Positions 51,724 through 64,000 of a stretch of 64,000 bases of DNA are shown in pieces (position 1 is the first letter of the stretch; each line of letters opens with the position of its first letter). A model generated the notes under the pieces. That model saw nothing but the letters and a program-made list of their open reading frames with translations, made no database searches and was not told where the DNA came from. The stretch spans positions 35,030,001-35,094,000 of the forward strand of contig NC_043009.1 of the NCBI RefSeq assembly GCF_006345805.1. The letters run 5' to 3'. Made by a program: the position numbers and the translations under genes. The stretch is from Octopus sinensis (lineage: Eukaryota).

Positions 51724-54700
51724 GACGTGAAAATATTTATGAAATATTAAATGAGTATTATGAAATGCAAAACAGTGACTCTATTTTAGTGTAATTAAGT
51801 CAATTTAATTCGGACCATTATATTACTACTGGTTGGGTTATTGACCCAGTGGCGAAAAATTGCAAATTCAGTCCCGAGGGGAAATCAGCACACAGGGACG
51901 CACCCAGAGAATAAGTGATATAATGAACCTCAGTGCATGATTGGTAATTATTTAATCGAACAGTTGAGCGGAAATTGAATTCAGAACATAAATACGCATA
52001 ATCATGGAATGCAATAAGGAATCTTGTGTTGCATTAAATTGTTTCTAATATCATAATACCGATGATATTAACACGAAGAATGTTTATTAAGATGAATAGA
52101 AAGCTGTTGGTTGTAGGGAAGTATAGTGTAAGAAACACCTAAGTAGAATATAAGGAGAGAGCGTTATTTAACAAAGAAACACGACTAAACATTTAATGAG
52201 AAACATATATTAATTTCTATATTTATAGAAAACATCTAATTAAATTAGCGGGAGACTTGATACTGAAAGGAATATATAAAAGAGAAAGAAAGTATAAAAT
52301 ATAAATCCAAGTATGCTAAAGTTAAGGATGACATCTAAATTAGATAAATATTGATTCAATGACTAGATAATTGAATTAGGATAGTTGTACATAATAAACA
52401 AACACTTATGTAAAAGCGGGAAAGACAAGTTCAAACAGGTTAATTCAATAAAATGCAGGATTAATAATTGAAATATCAGTGGTTCAAATTTTCGTGGTAG
52501 TAAATACGATACTTTGTGGTTTTCCTTGCAATGATATTTAACTCTGAAAAGAGGTTTTTTTTTAATTATAAGGAAATGTAAACATAAGTACTGATGGCAA
52601 GGAACAAATTTTAAATTTGTTTCGTAGGTAACAGTCAGTCTGTCTCTCTCCTTTCACCTATCTCATTCTTTCTGTGTATAGACACACATATATACACAGA
52701 CACACGCATTACACATGCGCATATGGATATAAATGCCTGCCAGTCAAAAAAAGCTACTCACTTTGCGAGTTTATAAACCCTACTGTAGCACAGAGTTTTA
52801 TGTACATAAAATATTCGTTACGAACGGAATATGTATAGAATATTTCGTTTCTGCAAATCGATTAACACAGAGCTTAATATAATTGAAAATAATCAGGTTT
52901 AGATCTTTAACATAATGATATATAAGCAGAACCTAAAAGAAGAAACAGTAGAAAAATAAAATGAAACTCCAAACCAGAATCAATATGTACTTTATAAATT
53001 CTCTGGACTCTGTCATCGTAAAAATATCACCGTAGTTTCACGCTGTCCGTTTTGCCCTAAAGAAATATTTTCATTATTATTTCCATTATTCAAGATATTA
53101 TTCAAGATATTGTGGGGGTTACGAACAGTCTTCTTAAATCTTTTATAAAGTATTTTTAACTTATTTGTGTTTTTGATGTTTCAGCAATTTTCTTACATCA
53201 CATGTCTCTAGACTATGATTTGATAAAGCGTCAAAATATTTAATGAAATCCCGAGAGATATTTTATTTAATAAGAGACTCTATAATAGATAATAATAAGA
53301 AAAACACACATATTTCTAAATCACATTTATCTGTGGTACTACTTCCCTTTATTTAATATTTCCTTAATCATTGTTGTCTTATTTTACTTATATTTTTATT
53401 TATTTATTTATTTCAGTTAGAACTGAAGAAAAATAAATAATGCCTCTATGAAGAAGTTTTGAAATAATCGAAACAAGCAGCAATACTTTTTAATATATTG
53501 AATAGATAGAGTGCAGGTGGGAAACAACGAATTCTTTTGAATTGTTGGTTTTCTATTTTACCTATTATCTATTTCTAAATAATCGCTCTTGTATACAAGA
53601 CTTTACGTGACTACATGGTTAAGATATGACCCCTTCTCAGCTACGTAGTTTCAGGTTCGGTTACACTGTGTAATTATTAAAGCTTCGAATTGATCAATTC
53701 CTTGTAAGAAGAATTTTCTGTACAGGCGAGCGTGTGCACATGCTTACTTTCAAGTTCTTGAATGCTAACTCATCTTAGATTTTCGACAGAAGGAGTGAAT
53801 CTTCGAGCATGATTGACTATTTCTGCCTACGCACAAACAGGCATGCACTCACACAGAAAGATGTACACAAACACAGAAGTGTATACTAGATGACAATTTC
53901 GTCGTGTATTCTTTGCGTGTTCGGATTTAGACGTTGTTGCACGCTTTGTTGCACGTCATTTTGCTTTTCCTACAAATCCCTTTTTTGTTTACTTTTCAAT
54001 ATATTTATCAGTCATTGTAAATTATCACATACACATTATAGATAGTTACCTCACAATATTGGAACCGAATTCTAGCTGATACAGGCTTCCAAAAAGCAAA
54101 GCACACAGTCCCTGCATTATAGAGGTGCAGGTAAATTGGCTTAAAATGGGCGTTAGTTTCATGTTCAGTCCCACAATATGGCGGCTTGAACGAGTGCCTT
54201 CTATTATATCTCCAAGCCGAGCAGAGCATTGTGATTGGATTTAAAAGACAGAAGCTGAAGGAAACCTATCGTATATCTATACGTATATGATTGCATCCTC
54301 TCTTCACATTGTAAAAGGATTTCAACGTATAGGAGCTGTGGTATTTGTTTCCAATCTTCCCAAGAAACATGCCCGGTCGTCAGGAAATGGAAAAAGGATT
54401 AGTGTCCGAAAATGTATCCCGCAATGAAAAAATTCTGTGAATGTTTATAAAATGATAAAAATACTAATTTTGCCGGTAAAAAAACTAATTTTGCCGGTAA
54501 AATTTGAAACGTTTATATTAATTTAGCATTAGAATTCTTCAAGTTGTATAAAAATAGTTATTGTCTCCAACATTCGAAAGAGAAATAAATTCTGCATAAG
54601 GTGTAAAAGATAAAAATAATTTGTATGGTGTTAGTAACAAAATATTTTGTAAGAAATAGAACTTTTATCATCAGTTTTAAATTTATTTTTGCCAGTGTAT

Positions 54701-56049
54701 ATATATATACACACACATACAAATATGTATATATACACATACACACACATACAAATATGTATATATACACATACACACACTCATCGGCATGTAGAGAGTG
54801 AGAGAGTCATTGTTATTGTGCATCCGTTCTTTTGTGCAAATGTAAAGCGATCGCTTTTGTCTTGTCATTATATTCAGTGTTGAAAATTATCTTGACATGC
54901 AATGCATTAATTTGCTTGAAAGATCTTTTGCAATATGTAAAGGTAGTTCGCCACTCATATATCTTTATTACAGCACACGTAAGTACATACACCAGCCTCC
55001 GTTTACACACACGCATACATATATACACATAGTCTGTGTATGCGCGCTTGTGCATGTGTGTGTGTGTGTGTGTGTGTGTGTTTGTGTGTGTGTTTGTGTG
55101 TGTGTATGTGTGTGTGGCGTACATGTATGTAAAATTTTCGAAATTCTTTTTAATTTCGGTTTATAGATTCTTTCTATTATTTTTCTTTAAGACACTTCTG
55201 TACATTCTTGCTTTTCTTTATCGATCACCACTTCTCTCATTCTCTCTCACTCTCCCATTACTTGTTTGTTTGTTTATTTCTTTCATCGTCACCACCACAT
55301 TAATTATTAATAAATAAATATCCTTATTTGCATTTAAACATTAAAAGCCAAGAAAACTTGATTCGAATGAAATTATATTTTCTAAATTATGTTTCGATTT
55401 TGTTTGCCAAGCGTTGGTAAGTAGATACTCAATTTGCCCTATAATGTTAGGTTCATACGAAATATTACATTATAGAGAAAATAAGAAAATTCATTTAAAG
55501 TATTTATAGCTGGAGGGCGGGGATGCTTCGAAACTTCCGACGGTGAGCGTTTACTTTCATTAATTTGTATGCCTCGAAGACCGACATGTATAATTAACGT
55601 AACTATCATGCCGATTCCATCATGGTTACTTTAAATTATACCTTCAGTTCAAAGGGAGAAAAAGAAGAGACGACCCCAGTGCTAGAGTGGTATTTTATTT
55701 AATGCCCAACCACCCAAAGAAAGATCAAGTTGGCTTCCGGAGGGGTTGAGCTCTTCGAGTACAAATCTAGAACGAATAATGTTAGATATGGTATCCGGCT
55801 TAGAAATGGCTCTAGGAAATGGCTGCATTCTATATTAATTTAACAGACTTTTCTGTACATTCATGCTCAACTCAAACACGCATACTTACATTCATACATA
55901 AACACATATGTATCTCATTACTTAGTTTTATTTCAAGATTTCTCGCCAATAGAGAGAGCCGATTTCTAACGTAGATCCTAGGCTTCTTCATTGGAAGTTC
56001 AACATGTTTTCACGTGTCAGGTCAATTATTAGGCTCTCATAAGTGTTAC

Positions 56050-56740
56050 TGGTAACATGGAATCCAGCACACCCTGTTGTATGGTCGGGTTGTCGGCGAC
56101 TAAACCGGCACCCCCACCAGGCTATTCTGGTGAGGAGGGTTGCTAGAAACCCAGCAGGATTAAAAACAAGACCAATTGAAAAGTCGGATGAACCTAGTGC
56201 AGGCTCAACGACTATCTAGCAATAGAACGGGCACGCAGAAATTCCGGGATGGTGTCCGGCGTCCTAGAAGACCACTGGGAGTGAGGCACCCCTCAGCTTC
56301 TATTGAAGGATGTCTCTAGGAGGTCACACTGATATAAAACCAGATACGCAAGGAATGGCTTTGGACAGTTTGGGGATCTTTGGTTTGTGTTAGAGATCAA
56401 GACGCTCTCGCATCCCTGAGCCTACAACTCATATTGGCACCAGATATCTCACTCTGGCCTGTTTCTAGATAATGTCAATAGAGTAGGCCTATGAGGTATT
56501 CTGCAGGCCTTGTTAGACCTAAAACTCTGCACAGGTATTGCTGACCTCTGTACGATATGTGCTGCTTCAATTTTTACCTAAATTTGTTTATTTATATGGA
56601 ACTTGAACATTTCAAGTTGGAATGTGTGAATTCTGGTGGATAACAATTGTGATCGTAGGCCTCAAAGTCGCACTCTACTTGTTGCTCACAAGCTAAACCA
56701 CTGATAAGGATTGGGAACACTTGGCTTGCAATGCTTGCAA
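56050..56740 (+). mobile_element. 5' end of an RTE LINE (5' UTR plus APE N-terminus)
   Basis: LNISSWNV*ILVDNNCDRRPQSRTLLVAHKL matches the RTE motif WNVRTL.D...RPERRTALVA.EL. Confidence 0.75.
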
Positions 56741-56899
56741 TCGTGTACATTTGTCAAGAGCAAGCTCTTTAGCCACCATTGGAGCCGCAAATGCAAAATG
56801 TAAGTTAATCCTAGAGCTCACTATGTTTCTAAAGGTCAGCAAGGGTTATCCTCGCTCAGGAGTGGACGGCCATCATGTGTGTGTGTATGTATATGTATG

Positions 56900-56930
<31 letters not shown>

Positions 56931-57129
56931 ATGTGTGTGTGTGCGTATGTCTGTGCGTGTATATGTGAGCGTCTGTGTGTATGTGTGTCACTAGATTGAA
57001 ACACATCAGATAAGAGCAGACATTTAACTTTCTCTTTCAAATCGAGTTATCATCTGCTGTAGTACACACTTTCCATTAACACTCCTATATATATATAGGG
57101 TGCGAAAGATATTTGAGAATAGATTTATG

Positions 57130-57680
57130 TTTATAAACATATAAATAAAAACAAATATATAACAGACAACTTCATTATCAAAAATTATATGAGGATACAA
57201 ATAAACCTTCTTTTCAATAATAATACTAATATCAATAATTATTCTCCTAGTAGTAATTGTAGAATCAAGTCTCACTGTCCAGTATCTGGTCGGTATCAAA
57301 ACGTAATATACAAATGTACAGCAGTGACTTCAACTTATAATTTTATTTATTTCGGTTGCTCTGTAAATTTGAAAAAAAAACGTATATATAATCACAGATC
57401 GTCCTTCAAACTTAAACATAAAGCAACTTGCACCACATTATCCAATAAAATTTGGGAATTAAAAGAAAATAGAATTAGATTTAGCCTTAAATGGGACAGA
57501 GTAAGGAAAGTGCAACCTTATAAAAATAGTAGATATGGGTGTGAGCTCTGCTCCATGGAGATTTAGGAAATTTTTAAACATAAGGATAATGTAAACCTAT
57601 TAAATAACCGTTTAGAACTAGGAGCATCGTGTATACATAGTACTACCCGCACCTTTACATATTTTAGAAAATAACATTTT
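57130..57680 (+). mobile_element. Neptune-type PLE GIY-YIG 3' fragment
   Basis: NCRIKSHCPVSG...NVIYKC...IYFG...RIYNHRSSF...TLSNKIWELKE...CELCSME...NLLNNRLEL. Confidence 0.85.
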
Positions 57681-58006
57681 ATTATTCCTGAATTTTTAAA
57701 TCTTAATGTTTACCTCTTAGTTTTTAAAAATTATAAAGAAATAGCATACCCTACTATATTTATTTTTTTAGTCAATACTAGGTATTAAAAATTTAATAAC
57801 ATAGAAAAATTGAATATTTTTTTTAATTTCTAAAATTATTACATATATTCTATATATCTATTGAATTTACTAGGTTGTATACTTAGTCCACAATAATTTT
57901 GAGGATTTAGCAATTTTCAGATCTATTTCTATTTCTACCTAATATTTTTCAATATTCTATAAATACATTTATAGAAGCCTAAATTGTTGTACCCCATATA
58001 GCCATA

Positions 58007-58336
58007 AAGACCCCCTTCGGTCATAAATGACCATGGGATTGCACCTAGAAAGTTACCCTCCTAGACACGAGTCCGGGCAAGGTTGTTTATGGAAGACCAG
58101 CAGTCGCCCATGCATACCAGCCTCCCCTCTCCACGCCACCAGTGTTATCCAAGGGAAAGACAAAGGTCGATACAGCTTGGCACCAGTGACGTCGCAACTC
58201 ATTTCTACAGCTGAGTGAACTGGAGCAACGTGAAATAAAGTGCCTTGCTCAAGAACACAACACGCAGCCCGGTCCGGGATTCGAGCTCACAACCTCACGA
58301 TCGTAAGCTCGACGCTCTAACCACTGAGCCATGCGC
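58007..58336 (-). mobile_element. tRNA-derived SINE with 13-14-bp TSD
   Basis: Head gcgcatggctcagtggttagagcg...gctcgaatcccgg. TSD ccatatagccata flanks both ends. Confidence 0.9.
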
Positions 58337-59234
58337 CCATATAGCCATACTTAACTTATAATATACAGTATAGGTTCTTCAAAAAATATTTCTGTTTCTC
58401 TTTATTTCATTTTCTTTTTCTTTGCATTTTCGGTTACCTCCCTTCCATTGAAGTCAAAGAATTTTGGTATGCAAGTCAATAGTAGTATCCTGCCTGCTAA
58501 AAATCTCATTCTAATTAATCTTCTAAATTACCCTATTTAATATTTTATAACCTTTTCCAGCAAGATGATATTGCTTAAAAAGTTTTTTTGAGAAATTACT
58601 TGATTTCTCTTTCTCTCAAATAGCTCTACCCTCGTGATCTTAGTATGTATAAGGGAGCTTTATATAAATAGTATTTTATAAGTATCAATTAGAAAATATA
58701 AATTATCATGTTGGGCTTAACAATAGCAATTTCTTAAACCTATAATAAAACCCGTAATTTTATAGAAAGATTTGTTGATAATAAAATTTTTGTGCAATAA
58801 CTTAATTATTTCTTTGCCCTACATTAAACATTAGTCATTTATAGATATTCTCATGACAAGTAAATATAATTTTTAGTCTAAAATTTAGAATTATAAATTC
58901 TTTCTAACAAATTACCTTACTTATTGATGTAAATAAGCTAAATATACCTTACAATTGTTTTTGGAATATAAATCTTTTTAGCCCTTGTCTATAATATTCT
59001 ACGAAGAATTATATTTTATTTTATTTTTATTTCTTTATTTTACTTTAAAACTAATCTTATATCTATTTATTTACTATATCATAAAAATTTCATACTCAGC
59101 TTATATAAAATTATGCTAGTATATTCACCGTTTAAATGTTTGACAACTCAGCACCGTCCATTTTGCTCGTACCATACTAAATTCTGGTGCCTTTAACTTA
59201 AGTACCACATTCATCCGAATCTCTCTCTCTCTCT

Positions 59235-59274
<40 letters not shown>

Positions 59275-60049
59275 GTGAAAGAGAGATAAGGAGAGAAAGA
59301 TGGAGAGAAAGAGAGAGAAGGCTGTTGAGAGAGAGAGAGAGATAAGACGAGAAGTGTGTGCGGGTGTGGGAAATATGAAAGAATTAAATGGAGAAACAGA
59401 CATCTATGTATTTGAGTGTACTCACGTTCACCTATACAGATAAATAGATTATAAATATTTAAATATGCAAAACTATGCCCATTCGAGGGATCACACGGTA
59501 TACATACTCTCATTGATATATGAAATATGTGTGATAGTGCGGATGTGTGTAAATATATGGGTGTGTCTTCAAGCGTGAAGATTTTCCCTAGAATTGATTT
59601 CATCTATAAATGATATTTTGAATGCAAGGCAATATTCATGATACAAATGCTAACATCTCTTTCACTACATGGCCGCTCAACTGCTAAGCTAGATATAGAA
59701 AACTTCCAATTTCTCTGCATTCGTCCATATAAAAAAATTTCACTTCAGTGTTTATAACACGAGTAAAATCACGATACACCATTGTTCATATGCCTTAAGA
59801 CTAAATAAAGCGAATCGAAAAGGAAGCATTAATGTGTGTGCGTAGAAGCAACACGAAATAAAATTATTTCTCTTTTAATGAAAACAGCAAGTGATGTATC
59901 ATTCATGTAATTATACAATAATGTTTCGGTAAAGCTCTTTGATATATAGTCCTACATTTTTAGGAAAGCAAAAGAACTGGAACTACAACATCACTAAGGC
60001 AATTACAACCTGTATATCAAAAATTATAACAATTACAATAATGATTTTA

Positions 60050-60480
60050 AATTTTGGCAGAAGGCCAGCAAGTTCAAGGGAGGGATAAGTCGTTTAGATC
60101 GACCCCAGCTCTTAATTCATATTTATTTTATCGACTCTGAAAGGTAAAGTCGACTTCAACAGAATTTGAACTCGGAACAGTAAGACAGAATAAATGCTGC
60201 TAATCCCTAATCGCAATGTTTAATAATCCTTTCTATTATACGCAAAAGGTTTGAAATTTTGTATAAGTCGATTACATCGAAACCAGTGTTCAACTGTTGC
60301 TTGTTTCGTCGACCCGGAAAGGATAAGAAGCAAAGTAGATCTCAGCGGAATTTAAACTCAGAACGTAAAGACGGACTAAATCTCGCAAAGCATTATGCCC
60401 ACTGTGTTAACGATTTTTGCAGCTCACCGCCATCACTAGGGTCGATGTAATAGATTCACACCTTCCCCGAAATTGCTTAC
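60050..60480 (-). mobile_element. Two degenerate SINE copies
   Basis: The reversed head gaatttgaactc/gaatttaaactcagaacg occurs twice. Confidence 0.65.
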
Positions 60481-61569
60481 CAAATGCCAAATTTTGAAAT
60501 CAATAATAATAACAATAGTTTATTTGTTGTAAGTTTCTTCACATAAATATTAATAATTCTCTATTTGTAGGTCTCATGGAAACGTGTGTAGAAGGAGAAT
60601 CGAAAGCCATATAAAAACAAAATGAAGGTAAAGACGATAAACAGTAAACATATTAAAAATTGCATCTTAACTAAAACATGGAATATAAAATTATATTACA
60701 CAAAATTTTAGCCACGTGATATAGTTTATAGCATGTAACAGTTTCAGTGCTTACCACTAATCTGATACTCATCCATTACCATATTTTAAAAAATATTGTA
60801 GTTAAGGTAATTCCCCATTCTAGATGTCTGTGATCACTTTTGGGATCAGAGAAGTAACCAATAAAACTACATCCTAGTCATGATTTACTTAACCTCCTTA
60901 TTAGTCTCTTTGAAGACTTTTATTAGTAATTTATCTTTTGCAATGTACACATAATTAAGAGCCTCTATCTTTTCGAAAATCTGGTCGTGAAGGTCGTATA
61001 CATGCTTAATATCTAGTATCATGTTTTTGTGAGTTGCAAAATCTGTGAAATTCAGTGCGATGTGTGTCTGGGAGAGAGAAGCATGTTTGGGACAGCGGCC
61101 TTGACAGTTTGCCGCGACTATTGGACAGAGACACAGATTACTGCGAAAAACCCATGTCAGCTGATGAAGTGGACGGCGTGCAGAGCAACTGTTTTGAACA
61201 CAAATACTCAGGATTAGATGAACAGCCATGTGAGATGTATTTTCAGATGCCAGACTTATTCGTTCATCTCTTAGCAGCTGTGAATTGCAAACGTCTCCCT
61301 TTCATCGCGAAAAAAACTTTCTACCACTTCAAGCTACATTTGTTTCGCGATAAATTTCAAAACTCAAACTTCAGAACACTCTCCAGAACTGACAACAACT
61401 GCAGAAAAGGAACAGCTGAATTATTTACAAGCTAAGAAACTACGAAAGGTGTAGGGCAGAGTCGATGCTGCAGAAAAGATAACTGCGCAATGCCATAAGT
61501 AAAGGAGTTCATACCACTGAAAATCCTCCATTTACTATTGTAATATATATATATATATATATTCATATA

Positions 61570-61771
61570 TTCTTTTACTTGTTTCAGTCATTTGATTGCG
61601 GTCATGCTGGAGCACTGCCTTTTAATCGAAGAAATCGAGTCTAGAACTTATTCTTTGTAAACCTAGTGCTTATTTGATCAGTCACTTTTGTCGAACTGGT
61701 AAGATACGGGGACGTAAACGTACCAACATCGGCTGTCAAGCGATGGTGGGGATACAAACAGATACAAATAC

Positions 61772-61821
<50 letters not shown>

Positions 61822-61955
61822 TTAAATCCTTAAAAATGTTTTAGCCCGAAGGCCGCGGCCATGCTGTATATACAGATACAACGGGCTTCTTTCAGTTTCC
61901 TTCTACCAAATCCACTCACAAGGCTTTGGTCGGCCCGAGGCTATAGTAGAAGCAA
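61570..61955 (-). mobile_element. Octopus-type SINE with a short foreign 3'-end insertion (~61819-61867) in its microsatellite
   Basis: Reverse complement of the body at 1-146 plus the 5' block tccactcacaaggctttggtcggcccgagg. Confidence 0.75.
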
Positions 61956-63280
61956 ATTAGTCAGTACTTCTCAAGTTCAACCATCAGTTCCATAGCTGAA
62001 AGTAGTAGTAGTTTTTGTTGCTTCTGGAACATGTTGTGACCCTATGTTGACTTTGCAGAGTAGCTCCACCGATTCTATCTCTATATTTAAAGCAGTACGA
62101 TCGTTCACTTGCCGGAGAAAATGCTTAGTGGGTGTTCGTCTGACTTTACCTTCTGATGTCAAATTTCGCCGAGGTCGACTTTGCTTTTCAATCTGTCGAG
62201 GTCGCTGAAGTACCAGTTTAGCACTGTTGTCAATGTGATGGACTAGTTCCCTTCCCCCAATGTCATGCCTTGTGCCTATAATAAAAAGGACTTTTTTCTT
62301 ATTAATTGTATATCGGAAGAGAGGGCGCTTGTTCGTGGTTTGTAAGTTTTCTTTGAAATTTTTTGTCTCATAATTTGGTATTCGAATTTTTGTTGGGCAC
62401 GTTACTGATTATACCAATTCGCTTTACATACAGGAAGCTGATTAGGCTAGGATTTCATCCATTAACAGAAAATTTCATCCATTAATAGAGAATTTTAAGA
62501 TTTAAAATTTGATATTTCAAAACAAAAATAACAATTTGGTTTCCTATGCTAGTGACAGCTTTTGGAACAGCCACCATGGCATTATTTTCACACCACTGAT
62601 TGATATGCTTGAGAGACGAATCACAAACCGTAGCAACAAAAGCAGCAACAGAGGCAGCAACAGCAGTGATTATCAGGATAAAATTAAAAATGACACAAGC
62701 ACCAGCGCCCTCACCTGCTTTCATGTATACTTAAATATATTTGTTTTCCGAAATAGATTGTGCTCTGTTTGAGGCTCTGATGAAATTGTAAGGTGTTACT
62801 CAGGCATTCATCTATGTATCCACTGCATTTTATAATGGAAATAGCTGCAAGCGTTTGAAGTTCATAAATTAATCGTTATTCCTTTGTCATCTCTTTCCTT
62901 ATATATATATATATATAGTTTACTGTTTCCTTAAGTTAAGATAAACAAAAAAAAGTACTTCATTCGATGAGAGATAAATATTGCTTAGTGTACACAGTAT
63001 ATGGCTATGAACTACAAAGAGTTTCATACATTGGAAATGTTTTCTTCGCTGGTTTTAATAACACTTACAGTGAGCACATATACCTTATACATGTTACAAG
63101 TGAGGACTATAGAACAAGAGGAATCATGAGAAAAAATGAGAGGAAGGTGGATAAAATATTTGGAAGGGTGAAAAAAAACCCGGAAAAAATAAAGAAAAGA
63201 AAGAAAAATAAAGAAAAAAGAAAGAGATTTAGGTCTTTGTCCACTTTGGTCGTAAAGTCATAAAGTCAGTTGGTGTAGAA

Positions 63281-63560
63281 TCAACGTCTGCGATAGAGTT
63301 GCTCAATCCAAAGAGGGTAGTGGTCTCCAATACGCCAATGTCTGCATTTGCTGAAACTTTTAGATCTAGAATTCAACAGAGCGGTGGAGTTCTTAGATCC
63401 TAAAAGGATATGCAATCTTCTAGCCACGCATAACTTGCATGTTTTAGATTCATTAACATATGACATGATTTTTCTACGATTTTCCACTTGTATGTGCATA
63501 TTAAAAATGCTTATCCCTCAGCTGATGGATTACTTCTTAATTGATCATACCTTTACGGAA
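63281..63560 (-). mobile_element. Neptune-type PLE GIY-YIG C-terminal fragment
   Basis: SYVNESKTCKLCVARRLHIL...LLNSRSKSFSKCRH. Confidence 0.8.
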
Positions 63561-63723
63561 AAGTAAACCGTATACACATATATACCGGTATACGTACATG
63601 CACGCACACACACACACAAACATACATATATATAGTTGGGTTTTACAAAATAACAAAAGTCGAAGACAGTTATATAAACAACAAACAGGTGTATTAGCGT
63701 AATGCTCTGGGAGGTGAGAAAGT

Positions 63724-63759
63724 CTTTTACGTTTCGAGCCTATGCTCTTCAACAGAAAG
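63724..63759 (-). ncRNA. Minimal hammerhead ribozyme variant (U at core position 6)
   Basis: Minus strand: cttt-CTGTTGA-a-gagc atag gctc-GAA-ACGT-A-aaag. Perfect stems I and II, palindromic ACGT. Confidence 0.68.
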
Positions 63760-64000
63760 GAACACGAGAAAATAAACAGAGAGAATAAAAAGAAAGCTTT
63801 AGCGGCTAGCAGTCAGTTATAACGGCTGGCTGGACGGAGTTGGTCAGACGTGAAAGCTAGGAAGAAGGGGAGATAATAAAGTAGATGTGATCCCAATACG
63901 AAGGTGCGCGTGTGTCTGCATGTGAGTGTGTAAGTGTGTGCGTGTGGATAGGGGCTGGTGACCTTGAGGTGTGGCTGTGTGCATGTGTAGGTATATGCGT

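Noticed and set aside
59170-59220. ...APEFSM|gtacga as the upstream channel exon ending in ExxM
   Set aside because: The preceding residues do not fit beta-strand 1, and the upstream sequence is microsatellite with no acceptor.

Overview
AT-rich, microsatellite-dense eukaryotic DNA. The SINE/LINE families and repeat style point to an octopus (cephalopod) genome; this comes from recognition, not a search. Nearly all ORF-track entries are microsatellite or transposon artefacts. Only one host gene is supportable. Two minus-strand exons (49981-50091 and 37163-37278, canonical AG/GT, 12.7 kb intron) splice in frame into the loop D/A/E part of a Cys-loop ligand-gated channel of the glycine/GABA/GluCl branch. 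Its ligand-site residues are unusual: the GlyR R65 position is T and the S129 position is K. The rest is probably intron and contains mariner/Tc1/Tigger remnants, tRNA-derived SINEs, RTE and Dong/R4 LINE fragments, a tandem Helitron-like element, MITE/foldback elements and several Penelope-like element (PLE) remnants. The main non-obvious signal is a set of short elements carrying minimal type I hammerhead ribozyme (HHR) motifs whose 3' ends abut (TA)n tracts. Two of them form perfect inverted repeats or palindromes. Also notable are a 498-bp RTE deletion derivative with a TSD and a possible HDV-like 5' fold, and a foldback element with a telomere-like core. No CRISPR, rRNA or bona fide tRNA gene was seen.
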